Part shown: positions 12,800 to 26,944 of the stretch, piece after piece | Position numbering within the stretch: the stretch's first letter is position 1 | Layout: the number at the start of each line of letters is the position of its first letter | From: Octopus sinensis | Lineage: Eukaryota | NCBI RefSeq assembly: GCF_006345805.1 | Contig: NC_043003.1 | Location: 41,168,001 to 41,232,000 of the forward strand | Direction: 5' to 3' | Length of the DNA: 64,000 nucleotides | Translations under genes and position numbers: made by a program | The notes under the pieces: generated by a model | Seen by the model: only the letters and a program-made list of their open reading frames with translations | Databases searched by the model: none | Told to the model about the DNA's origin: nothing

Positions 12800-13640
12800 A
12801 AGAATGTGCACTTTGCTGGAACAGAACTCAATCCTGCCATAAGCTCAAAATGTTGTAAAAGGAATCCTTATGGATGCAAACATCCATTACTCATAAATAG
12901 AATGATTGCATAGAATTGTCGAAGCAACCAGAAATACCTGAGTATTGCATGGATAGACTACAGAAAAGTGTTTGATAGTGTCCCACATAATTGGATAATC
13001 AAAGCCCTTGAGATATACAAAATCTTTCCTTCTCCAAATTCTTAGAAGATAGCATGACCAAGTGGAATATACATCTGCTTCTAAACGAGAGTAGTGGGAT
13101 GAGCTACTCGAACAATATCAACATCAAACGGGGTATGTTTCAAGGTGACTCCCTCTTCTCATTACTCTTTTGCATGGCACTGATCCCACTCTCAAACGAA
13201 CTGAGTAATACTAGGTATGGGTAAGTGTTTTTGTTTTATATGAAGCTTGGCCCACAAGAAAGCTATAAATACCTGGGGATAAACGAAGGAGAGAGTATAC
13301 AACATACTACTATGAAGGAAAAATACTATGGGAGTATTACACAAGAACACGGCTCATACTAAAAACTGAACTCAGCTCCAAAAATCGCATCGAAACCATT
13401 AACACCCTGACAAACCAGTAGTCTAATATAGTTTGAATATTGTTAACTGGAACCTTACAGAACTCCAACGCTTGGGCAGGAAGACAAGAAAACTAATAGC
13501 ATCTAAGAACATGCAACCCACTAAAGCAGACGTTCAGCGTCTGTACCTACCTAGAGGTAATGGGGTAAGAGGAATGATGCAGGTAGAACTGTGATATAAG
13601 ACCTTCACAATAGCAATGAACAAGTGCTTGTCTGATATGA
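12800..13640 (+). mobile_element. Old R4/Dong-clade RT fragment (subfamily E)
   Basis: Broken translations YGCKHPLLINRMI, LSIAWIDYRKVFDSVPHNWI, FQGDSL, YKYLGINEG and KADVQRLYLPR..GVRGM align with the Dong copies at 30-38 kb. Confidence 0.75.
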
Positions 13641-13974
13641 AATATGAGCTGTAGCAAATATTCTGCTCAATGCCACAGATTTGCTTCTTAGTTGTTTGAT
13701 CTTAACCTGTTGAGCATGTCCCTCCTTTTTATATACATATGGCTTTATATGGATGGGCTACTCGACCTGTAGAAAATTGCAACTGAACACCACCTGCAAG
13801 GTCATACGCTGTTTATCTTGATATGAGATAACCATGCCGTGCACATATGTTTGGGATGCATGTGCCTTGTGTATCCTTATCTCGCGGGTAGTCATAATGG
13901 ATATACTAGACTTCGTATATTTTACCCCGGTGTCACTTTGCGGGCATATACTGCCCCCCCCCCGACTCAGTAAC

Positions 13975-14140
13975 AACAATAATAATATTCAAATTTCTGC
14001 ACGACGCCAGCAAATTCTTTGTTAGAGTAAGCCTATTACATTGGCCCTAGTGCTTTACTGGTACTTTTTTTATCGACCCCAAAAGAACGAAAGGCGAAGT
14101 CGACCTCGGCAGTATTAAAACAGACGAAATACCGCTAAGG
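13975..14140 (-). mobile_element. S1 SINE, partial
   Basis: Reverse complement contains cttagcggtatttcgtctg, gaggtcgacttcgcctttcgttc and gataaaaaaagtaccagt. Confidence 0.75.
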
Positions 14141-14662
14141 AAAGGGATGAATGAGGATAAAGAAACTGCAATGAAGTAGCACATGGCATGGGCGAACTGG
14201 TGCTTCAACATTACAAAGTGTTGGAGTGTTTGAATAATTTGGTGGGACAGATAAGAACAATTAGACGCACTAATTTTTTCATTAAGGTTGATTTAGAGGC
14301 CCCAGAAATTTGAAGTACAAAGCATGAATGTTAATATTAAAGGTAACTTAGATGAGACGAGAGTGGGAAGCGAGAGAACTGAGAGTTCTCAATGAAAATT
14401 AATCGAAGAAAAATTTAGTCAACCAACATAATACAGAAAATGAACTACTAAATGTGCCGGGAGTGGAAAATCAAATGATTGATGATATGGATTTAGAAAA
14501 GTCAGATGAAAATTAATAAGAGAAGGAAAGAAGATCGATTTCAAAACATTGAGTGAACAGTTTCCTGATCCTAAATTCAATAAGATCACTAATGGTTTGT
14601 AGGTGCGTGGTATTTCGTTATGCAACCATAATGTACTCTAAAATATTCTAAATGTTTTTATA

Positions 14663-14838
14663 GGCGCAGGAGTGGCTGTGTGGTAATAGCTTGCTTACTA
14701 ACAACATGGTCTCGGGTTCAGTCCCACTGCGTGGCACCTTGGGCAAGTGTTTTCCACTATAGCCTCGGGCCGACCTAAGCCTTGTGAGTGGATTTGGTAG
14801 GCGGAAACTGAAAGAAGCCCATCGTATATATATATGTA

Positions 14839-14870
<32 letters not shown>

Positions 14871-15025
14871 TGTGTGTGTGTGTGTGTATGTTTGTGTGTC
14901 TGTGTTTGTCACCCCAACATCGCTTGACAACCGATGCTGGTGTGTTCACGTCCCCGTCACTTAGCGGTTCGGCAAGAGAGACCGATAGAATAAGTACTAG
15001 GCTAACAAAGAACACATTCCTGGAA
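14663..15025 (+). mobile_element. SINE family S3 with an internal (TA)n/(TG)n microsatellite
   Basis: ggcgcaggagtggctgtgtggtaa...gggttcagtcccactgcgtggcaccttgggcaagtg head, central microsatellite and 3' ttagcggttcggcaa. Paralogs at 45927 and 60499. Confidence 0.85.
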
Positions 15026-15273
15026 CTGGTACGTAAATAATAATTATTTGTAGAGGCCTGCTATTTGTCGGAATATAGAGAAAAGTAGTATGGCGAGTAA
15101 CGCAGCAAAAGTAAACCATTCAATGAAGAATATAGAATCTAAAGGTATTACTGACTATGAGAAAGTTAATTAGCTCTGAAGGGCTTCTGGTTGGTGAATG
15201 ATTATGTATGGAAGAGAAGATTCGAGGGTGATGTCACTCAGCTTAAGAAAGATCCATATAAAGATCCATATAA

Positions 15274-15660
15274 GGTGGCGAGCTGGCAGAAGCGTTAGCG
15301 CGCCGGGCGAAATGCCAAGCGGTATTTCATCTGCCGTTACGTTGTGAGTTCAAATTCCGCCGAGGTCGACTTTACCTTTCATCCTTTCGGGGTCGATAAA
15401 TTAAGTACCAGTTACACACTGGGGTCGATGTAATCGACTTAATATCTATGCCTGTCTTTGTTTGTCCCCTCTATGTTTAGCCCCTTTGGCCGTCTGTCGT
15501 TATGTTCTGAGTTCAAATTCCGCCAAGGTCGACTTTGCCTTTCATCCTTTCGGGGTCGATAACTTAAGTACCAGTTAAGCACTGGGGTCGATATAATCGA
15601 CTTAATCCCCTTGTTTATCTCCTCTATGTTTAGCCCCTTGTGGACAATAAAGAAATAATA
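15274..15660 (+). mobile_element. S1 SINE dimer
   Basis: Head plus two body units. TSD aaagatccatataa (15260-15273) and aaagatccaaataa (15661-15674). Confidence 0.9.
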
Positions 15661-16267
15661 AAGATCCAAATAAAATGGATATATGCCATAGAGGAAAATG
15701 CAAAAGTGCCTAAGCAAAGGAGAAATGACGTATAGGAATGAGGTGTAAAATAAATCCAAATGCTAGAATGTAGTGAGAGCAGTGAAATTGCGCATCAAGG
15801 CAAATTCCAATGGGAATAGGTGTTTTAAAATCCAATACGATCAGAACATACTGCTCTTTACAAACCGGATGATCGTTAGAACATTGTATATACAAGGGAC
15901 CACGATAAAGCAAAAACGCGTGCTTACACCTCCACTGGTTTTTATCCATGAGATATATGCTTCCAACTATTAGAAATGAAATGGCATCCACACAAACTAG
16001 AGTAGGTCGTAGAAAAATAAAGTGTGAAATTCTCATGGGACTTCACAATACAGACAAATCGAGTACTTAAACGTACTGATTTGGAAAATACATTGTGAGG
16101 AAGCGTCTATACGCGCGTTGCTCGCATGTAGATATATTTAGATATAAACATGTATATATGTATATATATATATATATTATATATAATATATATATATACA
16201 AACATATATGTATGTATGTATTATATATACACATATATATACTGAGATAGAGCGTATATATATACAT

Positions 16268-16316
<49 letters not shown>

Positions 16317-16423
16317 ATATATATATAACGGGAAGGTTTACGAAAATAAACAAAAGACGAAGGCAGGTGGAGTACAAACAAACAAATGTATTAGTATGGC
16401 GCTCAGGAATAGAAATAGAACAA

Positions 16424-16462
16424 GTCTTTTACGTTTCGAGCCTACGCTCTTCGACAGAAAGA
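16424..16462 (-). ncRNA. Minimal type I hammerhead ribozyme, family HA (solo element ~16328-16535)
   Basis: Reverse complement tcttt-CTGTCGA-A-GAGC-GTAG-GCTC-GAAA-CG-TA-aaaga with a GUA cleavage triplet. Flanks are homologous to 8175-8372, and the element ends at (TA)n. Confidence 0.75.
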
Positions 16463-16570
16463 TACACAGAAAAGAAACAAGGAGAGAAACAAGGAGAGAA
16501 AAACATGCGTGTAGGAGCTAACGGTCCATACATAGAGAAAGTATATCTACACACACACACACACACACAC

Positions 16571-16613
<43 letters not shown>

Positions 16614-16723
16614 ACACACACACACGCACGCACACACATATATATATGTGCAGAGACAAATAGCTAGCTAGATAAATAGATAGACAAGCAGACAGACAGA
16701 CAGGCAGATAGTTAGATAGATTT

Positions 16724-16771
<48 letters not shown>

Positions 16772-18441
16772 GAATATCCATTTCATTGATTTATTAAATC
16801 TTATTGAAATATTTTGACATTCCTTGTCTATAGAGTAACGCAATATCAAATTTTATTTCAATTTTGAGTAACTCTTTCTTTCAATTTACCAACAAACGAC
16901 ATCATATAATTTCACGCCACCCTGATCCCTCAACCCGGATTGAAATAAACTAATTTTAGTATTCTTATAATCTATCTGAATGATAAAGTGCATTTATAAA
17001 GTAACATTATTTGACAGAGTTTATATTTTAATGAGACCCGACTTAACATTCATAATAATTTTAAAAGCTGTGACAGTCTGTCAGTATTATGACTTCGTTT
17101 TATAACATTTTTATGCGGTACTATAAAATATTTGAAGCATTTTGATTAGACTGATTTATACTAATTCCAGTCGTATGGAATTTTGTTTATCTGTTTATCT
17201 TGCTAAAATTCTATGCGTTTCATAAAGTACTCAGACTTCTTTATTGAAGTATCTGCTGCAGTATTTTGTGCATGTTTGGGTGAGCCTATGTGTTTAAGTG
17301 TATGACTATGTGTGAGCGCGTGTGTGTTTTAGCAAGTGTTATATCATTCTCTCGGGTTATAAAATGTTTCATTCATTACAATTAGTTAGCTGATGTACTG
17401 ATAGTTACAATGGTTTCCTCTTAGTATTTTCTTTTGTTCGCTATTGAAAAACTTGCATTTATAAAACAGGTTTTTCAATAACGTAATATCACATGCTCAC
17501 TTTGCACATTCGGAGAAATCTGCGGATTATATGAGATGCTATCAAATTCTAAATTATGATTAATTATCAGAACTGTTATTAGTGCCTATCAATCAATACG
17601 ATCCTTCTTTTTGTAAGGATTATACAAAAATCTCATCGGAAGAATATTTTATCAACACGGAAATTTAGAAACCTTAGCTGAGAAGAAGACAATAGTGTCA
17701 AAATTTAATTTACAAAGGCATTCGTAGACAGTGAGCGATAAAAACAAGAAGAAGCTTTTAAAAGACACAAGTAAGAAAGCGAATGAGCCTATAAAGCCAG
17801 ATGTATATAAAAAGGAGGTATTATTAGAAACTGATCGAAACTAATATATGTCAAATACGACACCATGAAGAATCGGCTTTAGAATTCATAACCAACGCAT
17901 AAATAAATTTTTCAAATTTCAAGTAAGAGAAAAATATACAAAAAGAAAAGAAAAACAAGCTTATCAGTATTCATGCAATGGATTCGTCGAAAAATTATAT
18001 GGAATGAATTCCTACACTCATAGTTATTTTGGGTAAAATAATTAAATTTTGATTTACAATATATTTCAGCGCAATAATATGCTTACCTTAATCGATAATA
18101 TTCTCCGAATTTTGAACCAACCCGTTATTAAGTTTACTTTATAGATTGAGAGAGTTTGTGTCAGCCTTGTTGAACTGTGAAATAGTTTATGTACTTTAGC
18201 TAGTTTGATAAACAGCTCTTGTGCAAATAAAGCTAGACTGATATGTTTCTAGTAAGATGCACTAGTCATATTGAGTGTACAATAAATTCTACGGATAATA
18301 TCATTAGTTTGGAGAGAATATTGAAAAGGTTGCACAAGGGAAACAACATTTTAGTGAAAATAAATAAATAAATGAGTGGAAGCCAGACCAGTGAGTGTGT
18401 TAAAGGAATATGGTGCTAAAAGAGAATGACTCTCCCCAGAC

Positions 18442-18505
<64 letters not shown>

Positions 18506-20387
18506 TATATATACATACATACATATATATATAATATATATATATATATGGATGTATACACGCACACAGACACACACACGCACACATATACACACATACA
18601 TATGATAGTTTAACCAGTTGAGGAAATTAATAAAGTAGAACAAAGATATTTAAAAAAAAAACAATATATATTTATAGAATTTGTTACACATATTCTTACA
18701 TAAACATTGCAAAATACTATTTGATAAAGCCACCATCGATCCCGACTAATGCCTCGATGAAGTTTCAATGAAAACTAAATACCTTGATCAGGTAATCTTT
18801 ATCTATTTTGGCCACAACGTCCCCAGTGGGATACATCAACGACTTTTAGGTCTCAAAAGCATAGTAGTCCAAAGGGTTTAAATCAGGAAGGCTAGGAGTC
18901 TGAATGTTTGGTGTAACCCATGGAGGGAGCAAAGCCTTGTTGGAACACTTGCACCCATCCTCGAGAAACTCTCTCTCGATTCTGGCTGTTGCATTGACCT
19001 TAAGGCTTTGCGGAAAAATTTGGGAGGCATGAATTGACCTTCATTGCACACACCCTAAAGACCATTACAGATAGTGGGAACTTGGTGTGCATAGCAATAG
19101 AGATTATTATAGTTCTGGCGCAGAACCCGTCATTTAGTTATTCTCATTTAGAAAGCACCAGTATATGTCGGGCTCCTCGAGGTCCTTGAGTTCGTTCAGC
19201 AAGCAATTCGACTGGGCCTCATGCTTCCTCTTCCCAAACAGTATTCGAACGCATGTCTTTGTGCACTAGAGGTTTATTCACCAACTCTGACAGGTGGGGC
19301 AGGGGAGATTGGCAATGGCCCTCATTGACTTGCAGTAATGATGAAGCTCCGAACTTACTGGACATACTCAACTTTTTAAATGATGTCTGACCCTCGAGTA
19401 GTTATTATTTTTTTTGTTGACACTAGACACTTCCTCAACGTAGGGTATAAGCGATTTTCTGATTTTAATCGCAGACAACTTGCGAGATGCCAGAACATTG
19501 AAATTTCAGAATCTCTGTGATCGGCAGATAAAGGAACGAGAAATGCAAGACTTTTTATCATATCCTGAAAGTTATTCCGTAATTATGCTGAAAAATATAC
19601 CGTGTTTGTACTGAAAAAAGAGACGATATTTAATTAAAGTCTGAGCCACTTATAGTTCTTAAAAGTTTATTTCCCAAATAGCTGACACATCGTGTACACA
19701 TACACACACATATTCATACATACATTTAGTCACTTGTTTCTATCATAATTATTAAATAGTTTCTCGCGGTTGAGAATTGCATTTTATACTGCCGGAGATA
19801 AAATGTGCACAAGCGAGGCACTACGACTGATGTAATTGACACTGGCATAATCAAACTGCTGGCCTTCTCGTCATGTTAGCAAACAATATTATTCTGTAAT
19901 GATATGAGAAGCGTACAACTGGATGGAATTTAATATTGTTTTATATTATTTTTCGTTCGTCAAGATTGTTGACAATATGGCTTCCCTTGCTGACAGGGGC
20001 CCCACCTTTCTTATCTGCTGAATAAGACTGTAATAATGAGTTTACATGCGAAATCAATCTCGTTGTGTGTATATTTAAAATCTAAAGACTACCTACTGAT
20101 GAAGACTTGCCTCAGTAAATCTTTTTTTACTGAAATAAGTCAGAAATCATGGTCTAGGAACTAAATTAGATGGTAAATATTTTTAATTTTCTTTCCCTTT
20201 GAGGATTTATCCCTAATCAGTGGTTTGAGTTGTTTACTGCTCTTTCTAGAGCAAGTCTTTCCTATGATGGAAATGTGTTCTAATGTACACGATATTTTAT
20301 ACGAATAATATATAGTCTATTGACTAATTTTTTGGCGCTAGGCCACTGGGAATTAAAATTTCTATAATTCTTATTACCCTAATATTA

Positions 20388-20453
<66 letters not shown>

Positions 20454-20464
20454 TATACATATCA

Positions 20465-20760
20465 CCGTGACCACCAGGCTATTAGATGTTGCTACACATC
20501 GATGGTCACAATGCGCTTCCCATTGTTTTAGCCTTCAAATGATGCCAACCCGCTGGCTAAGCGAGCAGGCCAACAGAAGAAAGAATGAGAGAAAGTTGTG
20601 GCGAAAGAGTACAGCAGAGATTACTACCACACCCTGCCGGAGATCGTGGAGTTTTAGGTGTTTTCGCTCCATAAACACTCACAACGCCCGGTCTGGGAAT
20701 CGAAACCGCGATCCGACGACCACGATCCGCTGCCCTAATTGCTGGGCCATTGCGCCTCCA
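20465..20760 (-). mobile_element. tRNA-derived SINE family S4
   Basis: Reverse complement tggaggcgcaatggcccagc...ggtttcgattcccagaccgggcg...ctctttcgccacaacttt; head and body are shared with 24702. Confidence 0.8.
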
Positions 20761-20767
20761 CATATAC

Positions 20768-20798
<31 letters not shown>

Positions 20799-20799
20799 A

Positions 20800-21178
<379 letters not shown>

Positions 21179-21603
21179 TTCGATGTGAATTCGTGTGTTG
21201 AAACAGATATATATTACATACATAGGGGCGGGATAACCACTCTGTGGACATCCATTATGCTAGAAGTAGACCCCATATTGTCTACCACTAAGAAAAGATT
21301 GTTCTCAAGAAAATTCACCAAACGCAAGAACGTAAGCGAGCAAGACAAATTTCATTTGTCTTGGTCGCTTAAGTTCTGGTGTTTGAAGAATTTTCTTGAG
21401 AACAATCTTTTCTTAGTGGTCAGACAATATGAGGTCTACCTCGAGCATAATTGATGTCGTCCACTTAGTGGTCATCCGTCCTATGTGCATGTAAAATAAT
21501 TTTTCTCGATATTCAGATTTTTCATTATGCAAGGCCATTGGTTTTAAATTGATATTAATCAAATTTATATTCAATTTTCACCCTTATTATTTAAATTTAT
21601 ATT

Positions 21604-21640
<37 letters not shown>

Positions 21641-21892
21641 ATAAATATCCATTCACATACACATACATACATACATAGATATATATATAGATATATAGAT
21701 ATACACATCTGGAGCGTAAAGTTACATTTCTAAATGCATGTTATTCGGATTTTTTTAGTATATGAGGTTATAACTCATGGGACTAATCTGAGTTCTGGGT
21801 GCTGGATATGCACCAGTTAGGTGTATTTTAGATTGTTTTACTTTCTAGCTAATAAAAGGCTAATACGAAATACATCTCGTAGTATTTATTCA

Positions 21893-21937
<45 letters not shown>

Positions 21938-22132
21938 TTTGAGGGAATATTATTCCTAACTTATGTATCATTATTCTATCAAATATATACGTTTCTATTA
22001 TTATTTTGCAATTTATTTAATCATCTGTATATTATTGTTATTCTAATTCTAATATTTCTATTATATGTAATTTTCTAGATGGTGTGATTTAATTGTTCCT
22101 TTTGAATTAATAAAAGGTGTTTTTTTCTAATT

Positions 22133-22163
<31 letters not shown>

Positions 22164-23266
22164 GTGTGTGCGTGTGTGTTTGTTTGTATGTATGTATATG
22201 TATACACATAAAGTTAAATGCTCTGTAGTTGTATGGTTATTATTAACTTTCTTTATCTATATTTACCGCACGTGGATATTAGTTGTAGCTTCAATTTATT
22301 TCGAGTTAGTTGGTAAACACTTCCAATATAAAACCGCCTCAATGATTTCAGATGCACCTAGTGACGTTGTAATATGTATACTTTCACCGTATATATTTAT
22401 ATGTGTGAGTGTGTGTGTGTGTGTGTGTCTAAGTGTTTATGTATATATTATTGTGTATAGGATTCGGAGAAAAATTTACTCAATTTATAGTGTAGAGTTT
22501 ATTTCATCATTAAAAAGTGATCATTCGCCTAGACACTATTACAAATTACAGACACACAGACACACAGACATGCACACACACACAGAGTGTGAGAATGTGT
22601 GTGCATATGTGTTTTGTATTATCTATATCTACAAGTCTCTGACAGTGTTTCCTTGTCTATTATTTATCTTCTCTATCACTGGAGGCCAAATGTGCATTTA
22701 GCAGAAAAATGGCGTAAAAAAATGGAATATGCTTTTTTTTTTCTCCTGCTTATCTTCTATCTGCTAGCAGTTTATTATTTCTCTCTTTTACTATTTTTTA
22801 ATGTTATTTGTGTCTTTATTAGAGACGAGATTTCTGCTAAAATAACAACAAACACAAGTACAACTACATCATCAACAGAGCACTAATAATCACCACCGTC
22901 ATCCACCTTAATATCAATAGAAATAACCGAACACCACTAACAGAATAATAAATAGATACCAGTCAGAACATTAAAAATTGGATGGCAATAACAAAGAGAT
23001 AAATCAAGAGACGAAACAAGTATAAAAACAAATACGATTAATGAGTTGTACATCAGTAATAAGAGAAACAATGAAAGCCAAGATAAAAATTCCTACTTGT
23101 TACTTATTCTTTAGTCGGTTTAAAGAAAATTCCCAAGCGACATGAAATAACACAAAACGTTGACGCACGTGTGCGTGAGCGTATATATGTGTATGTGTGC
23201 ATCAGTGTGTGTATATGTGTGTATATGTATGGATGTATATGTATATCTATATCTATATATATATAG

Positions 23267-23374
<108 letters not shown>

Positions 23375-23378
23375 GTAT

Positions 23379-23410
<32 letters not shown>

Positions 23411-23678
23411 CATACATATATATAAACATAAACATGCAATTATAAATATATACATATGTGTGTCGGTATTTATATGTGTGTGTGTATATGTATATGTGTG
23501 TGTGTGTTTATATGCATATAAATACATATGAATGAATATAAGTGCGTATATATTTGAGTGTATAAATACCTATATGTATAAATGTGTATTTCTAAATAGA
23601 CATGTTAGTGGATATATGCATGTACTTTCACACACATACACACACACACACACACATTCATACATACTCATATATACG

Positions 23679-23741
<63 letters not shown>

Positions 23742-23949
23742 ATACACATTGACTTATACATAAGTGCATATATTGTAGGCGCACTTATGTAAGGCGTTTT
23801 TTCTTTTGTTTGTTTCTTTACATTTATCCTCTAATGAAGTGAAAATAGGATTCTGACACGATTAAAGCTGAAACATGCGAGCCTGTAGGGAAGAGTTAGA
23901 CACTGTGTTGTAGTTGTATGATGGTGTTGGTCCCTAGCATTTTGATAAT

Positions 23950-23960
23950 TACAATGATGG

Positions 23961-24003
<43 letters not shown>

Positions 24004-24450
24004 GATGAAGTGGAGATTGGTCTGAGAGGAAGAATTATTTTGATGGTTGTGATGGTAACGAAGGTGGAAATGTGATAATGCTTGTAATGCTGGCGGTGAA
24101 TTCATTATTATTTTTATTATTATCATCATCATCATCATCATCATCATCATTGTTATTATATTTATTATTATTGTTATTTTTGCTGTTGTTATTATTACCA
24201 TTTTTAGCTTCTTAGTGTTGTGGTTGTGTTGATGGTAGAAGAGGTGAGGATGTCAATGGCAACGACGACCATGATGAGGATGGTAAATGTGGTTGTAATG
24301 ATGATACTGATGATGATGATGATGATGATGATGATGGTGGGAGTAGTAGTGGTGTGTATGATGATAGTAATGATGACAGAAACAAAGGTAATGGCTGTGT
24401 TGATGATGAAGGTGGTGATAATGATGATAAGAATGATCGTGTTGTTAGTG
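23950..24450. repeat. (GAT)n/(CAT)n/(TTA)n trinucleotide low-complexity block
   Basis: Direct reading. It explains the poly-M/I/D ORFs in the track. Confidence 0.9.
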
Positions 24451-24521
24451 ATAATGCCGTATGTGATGGTGAGGGTGATCCTGGTATCGGATTTGGTGGT
24501 GATAGATTCTACTTGGTATTG

Positions 24522-25015
24522 TGGAGGCGCGTGGCTTAGTGGTTAGGGTGTCAGGATCAGGATCGTAAGATTGTGGTTTCGATTCCTGACCCGGACGACG
24601 CGTTGTGTTGTGAGCAAAACACTTCATTTCACGTTGCTCCAGTCCACTCAGCTGGCAAAAATGATATCACATACGCCATAGAAACCGGGAAACCGTGCAA
24701 ATGGAGGCACACGGCCTAGTGGTTAGAGGAGCGGACTCGCGGTCGAGGGATCGCTGGTTCAAATCTCAGACCGGGCGATGTGTGTGTTTATGAGCGAAAC
24801 ACCTAAGCTCCACGCGACTCCGGCAGAAGGTAATGGCGAATTTCTGCTGACTCTTTCGCCACAACTTTTTCTCGCCCTTTCCTCCTGCATCTTGCAGCTC
24901 AACTGCGACGGACCGGCGTCCCGTCCAGGTGTGGAACCTATACGCCATGGAAACCGGGAAACCGGCCCTTATGAGCCAAGCGTGACTTGAGAAGGAACGA
25001 ACAAAAAACAACTAC
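24522..25015 (+). mobile_element. Tandem SINEs: internally deleted S2-headed copy (24522-24695) followed by an S4 copy (24702-25015)
   Basis: Two tRNA-like heads (tggcttagtggtt...ggtttcgattcc; cggcctagtggtt...ggttcaaatct). Both carry tacgccat.gaaaccgggaaaccg near their 3' ends. Confidence 0.8.
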
Positions 25016-25301
25016 TTGGTATTGATAATACTGAGTATGTGTGTTGGTCATGACAGTGATGTGCCTACTAAGAATCTATTTTCGCTGGTATATTTATTCA
25101 TGCTAATCCATAAGACAACAAAGTATTAAAGAACCACGCAGTGTACAGCGGCGACTCACTAGATTGAGTTACATCGTTATTATGGTCCTGTAGGGACACC
25201 TTTTTTTCTTATGCGACCATAATATACTACAAAATGTATAGAACACTTTATAAGTCAATGCTGTATTCTACTGTGTTAGCAGTGCTATTACATAACTTGT
25301 C

Positions 25302-25469
25302 AAGGTTATCTCTACAGATGTTCTATAGAAATTATAGCCAGCTCTGATTTTGTTGCGACGTTTCGTATTTCACACGTCTAATGTTTACATGAGGTGTCTC
25401 AGATACGAAACGTCGTACCACAGTCGGAGCTAAATATAATTTCTAAAGAAAATCTGTAGAAATAACCTT
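25302..25469. mobile_element. MITE-like foldback element
   Basis: 67-bp inverted arms (25302-25368 and 25403-25469), 56/67 identical by hand alignment, with a 34-bp spacer. Confidence 0.7.
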
Positions 25470-25689
25470 AAAAAGCGAATTACGTCAGAATTCTACATAA
25501 CTCTAGTATTCTTAATCATAGTGATGCATACTGGCTCTGGTAAATGAACCTGTCCAGACTCCAAGTGTAAGTCCAATAGAAGAAAATGAAATTCATGGTG
25601 TGCAAATTAAATTTCATAGCCTCCTTAAAAGGAAAAGAAAATACAATAGCTCGTACAAATATTCAAGTATTCAAAAAAATCAGAAAAAA

Positions 25690-26240
25690 TTAATTAGATT
25701 ACGTTTAGAAAATAACATTTTGCTCAGCGTATCCTCTTCCAGCATCCACCACGGCCTAAGGCTCGACCATGGTGTAGCAGTAAGAGCACTTGGTGCCTAT
25801 CTCAACTCTACCTCACACATAGTAATCTATGAGACTAGAAATGGAAGAGTTAGTAAATTGGGGTTGGTAAATTCGGAAAAATTCTCTGACATCTGCTTCT
25901 GACTCTTTCAGGAAGTATACCATCAAGCGCGGCCTTCCAGCAGCAACCCTTTCTAGTAAGGGTTGATAACAATCTCCAGTAACATCACATAGCCGCCTAA
26001 GACTCTGTTCAAAATGTGGGGCGCCATGATATCACCATCATACCCAAGACCATCACAGTTTACAGGACTTTCGTTTTCATGATGTGTATGTCACATCTTA
26101 CAGACTTTGCAGACATGGCGCAGCAGCCATGATGTCGGCATTTATTACCTTGTGCGATTCATCATCATAAAGGTAACACGTTTCCAATAGTCAATTAACT
26201 TATTCTCAAATACTACTTCAATCTTTATGCTCGCCAATGC
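25690..26240 (-). pseudogene. Degenerate Tc1/mariner (maT/DD37D-like) transposase remnant
   Basis: Broken minus-strand translations MKTK.PVTVMVLG, DGDIMAPHI, P.LERVAAGRP and MSENFSEFTNP resemble the catalytic region of this family (recognition from memory). Confidence 0.55.
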
Positions 26241-26898
26241 CGTTGACTTTTTCCCAATACATCAGGCTTTTCCTTAAAAAAAAAAGAGACAAAATATCGT
26301 TAAATTTAGCCCGGACACCATGTACTTCTCAAACAACTTCAGGGATTCCTCCACCAGCAATACCACAACCACCACGACCGCCATCAACATCATTACCCCC
26401 ACCGTCACCACCACTACTAACACCGCCATCACCACCAATACCACTATCACCTTCACCATCGACACGATCATGTTTGCCCTCATCATCGCCAATATCACCA
26501 TCAACTTCAACGCTATCATTGTTGATAACTGTTAAAGCTAACGCACCAAACACTGCCAAAACAAGGAAATAACAACATTAAAGCTTAAACGAACTATAAG
26601 GATTTTCCAAGATTGAAATAATTTATCTCGTGGCTTATGAACGTTCTAAAAATTAATACATATTTTGACGAAAAATTCATTGTTTTTACAATAAACAAGC
26701 TACTTACCCTTAAATTAGAAATTACCAAGTGTTTCTTCATAAGTTAGAAAACGATATAAACATTATGATACTCCAAGGCAAACTAAAATATTGTTAATAA
26801 ATTGTAAATATTGTTGATCAAAGCATTACAGGGTTTAACTAAACATCATATAGCATCTATGTGTGGGTGTTGAGGTGTATATATATATAATATATATA

Positions 26899-26944
<46 letters not shown>

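Noticed and set aside
17600-18050. Possible hAT (Buster/Charlie-like) transposase remnant (NLQRH, MSNTT..RI)
   Set aside because: Only two short motif hints amid stops. It needs a TBLASTN or HMM search.
18860-19400. GC-richer degenerate coding-like island, possibly L1/Tx1 on the minus strand
   Set aside because: No diagnostic RT or endonuclease motif could be read.
20097-20122. CTGATGA-A-GACT-n6-AGT motif
   Set aside because: No GAAA and no cleavage site follow.
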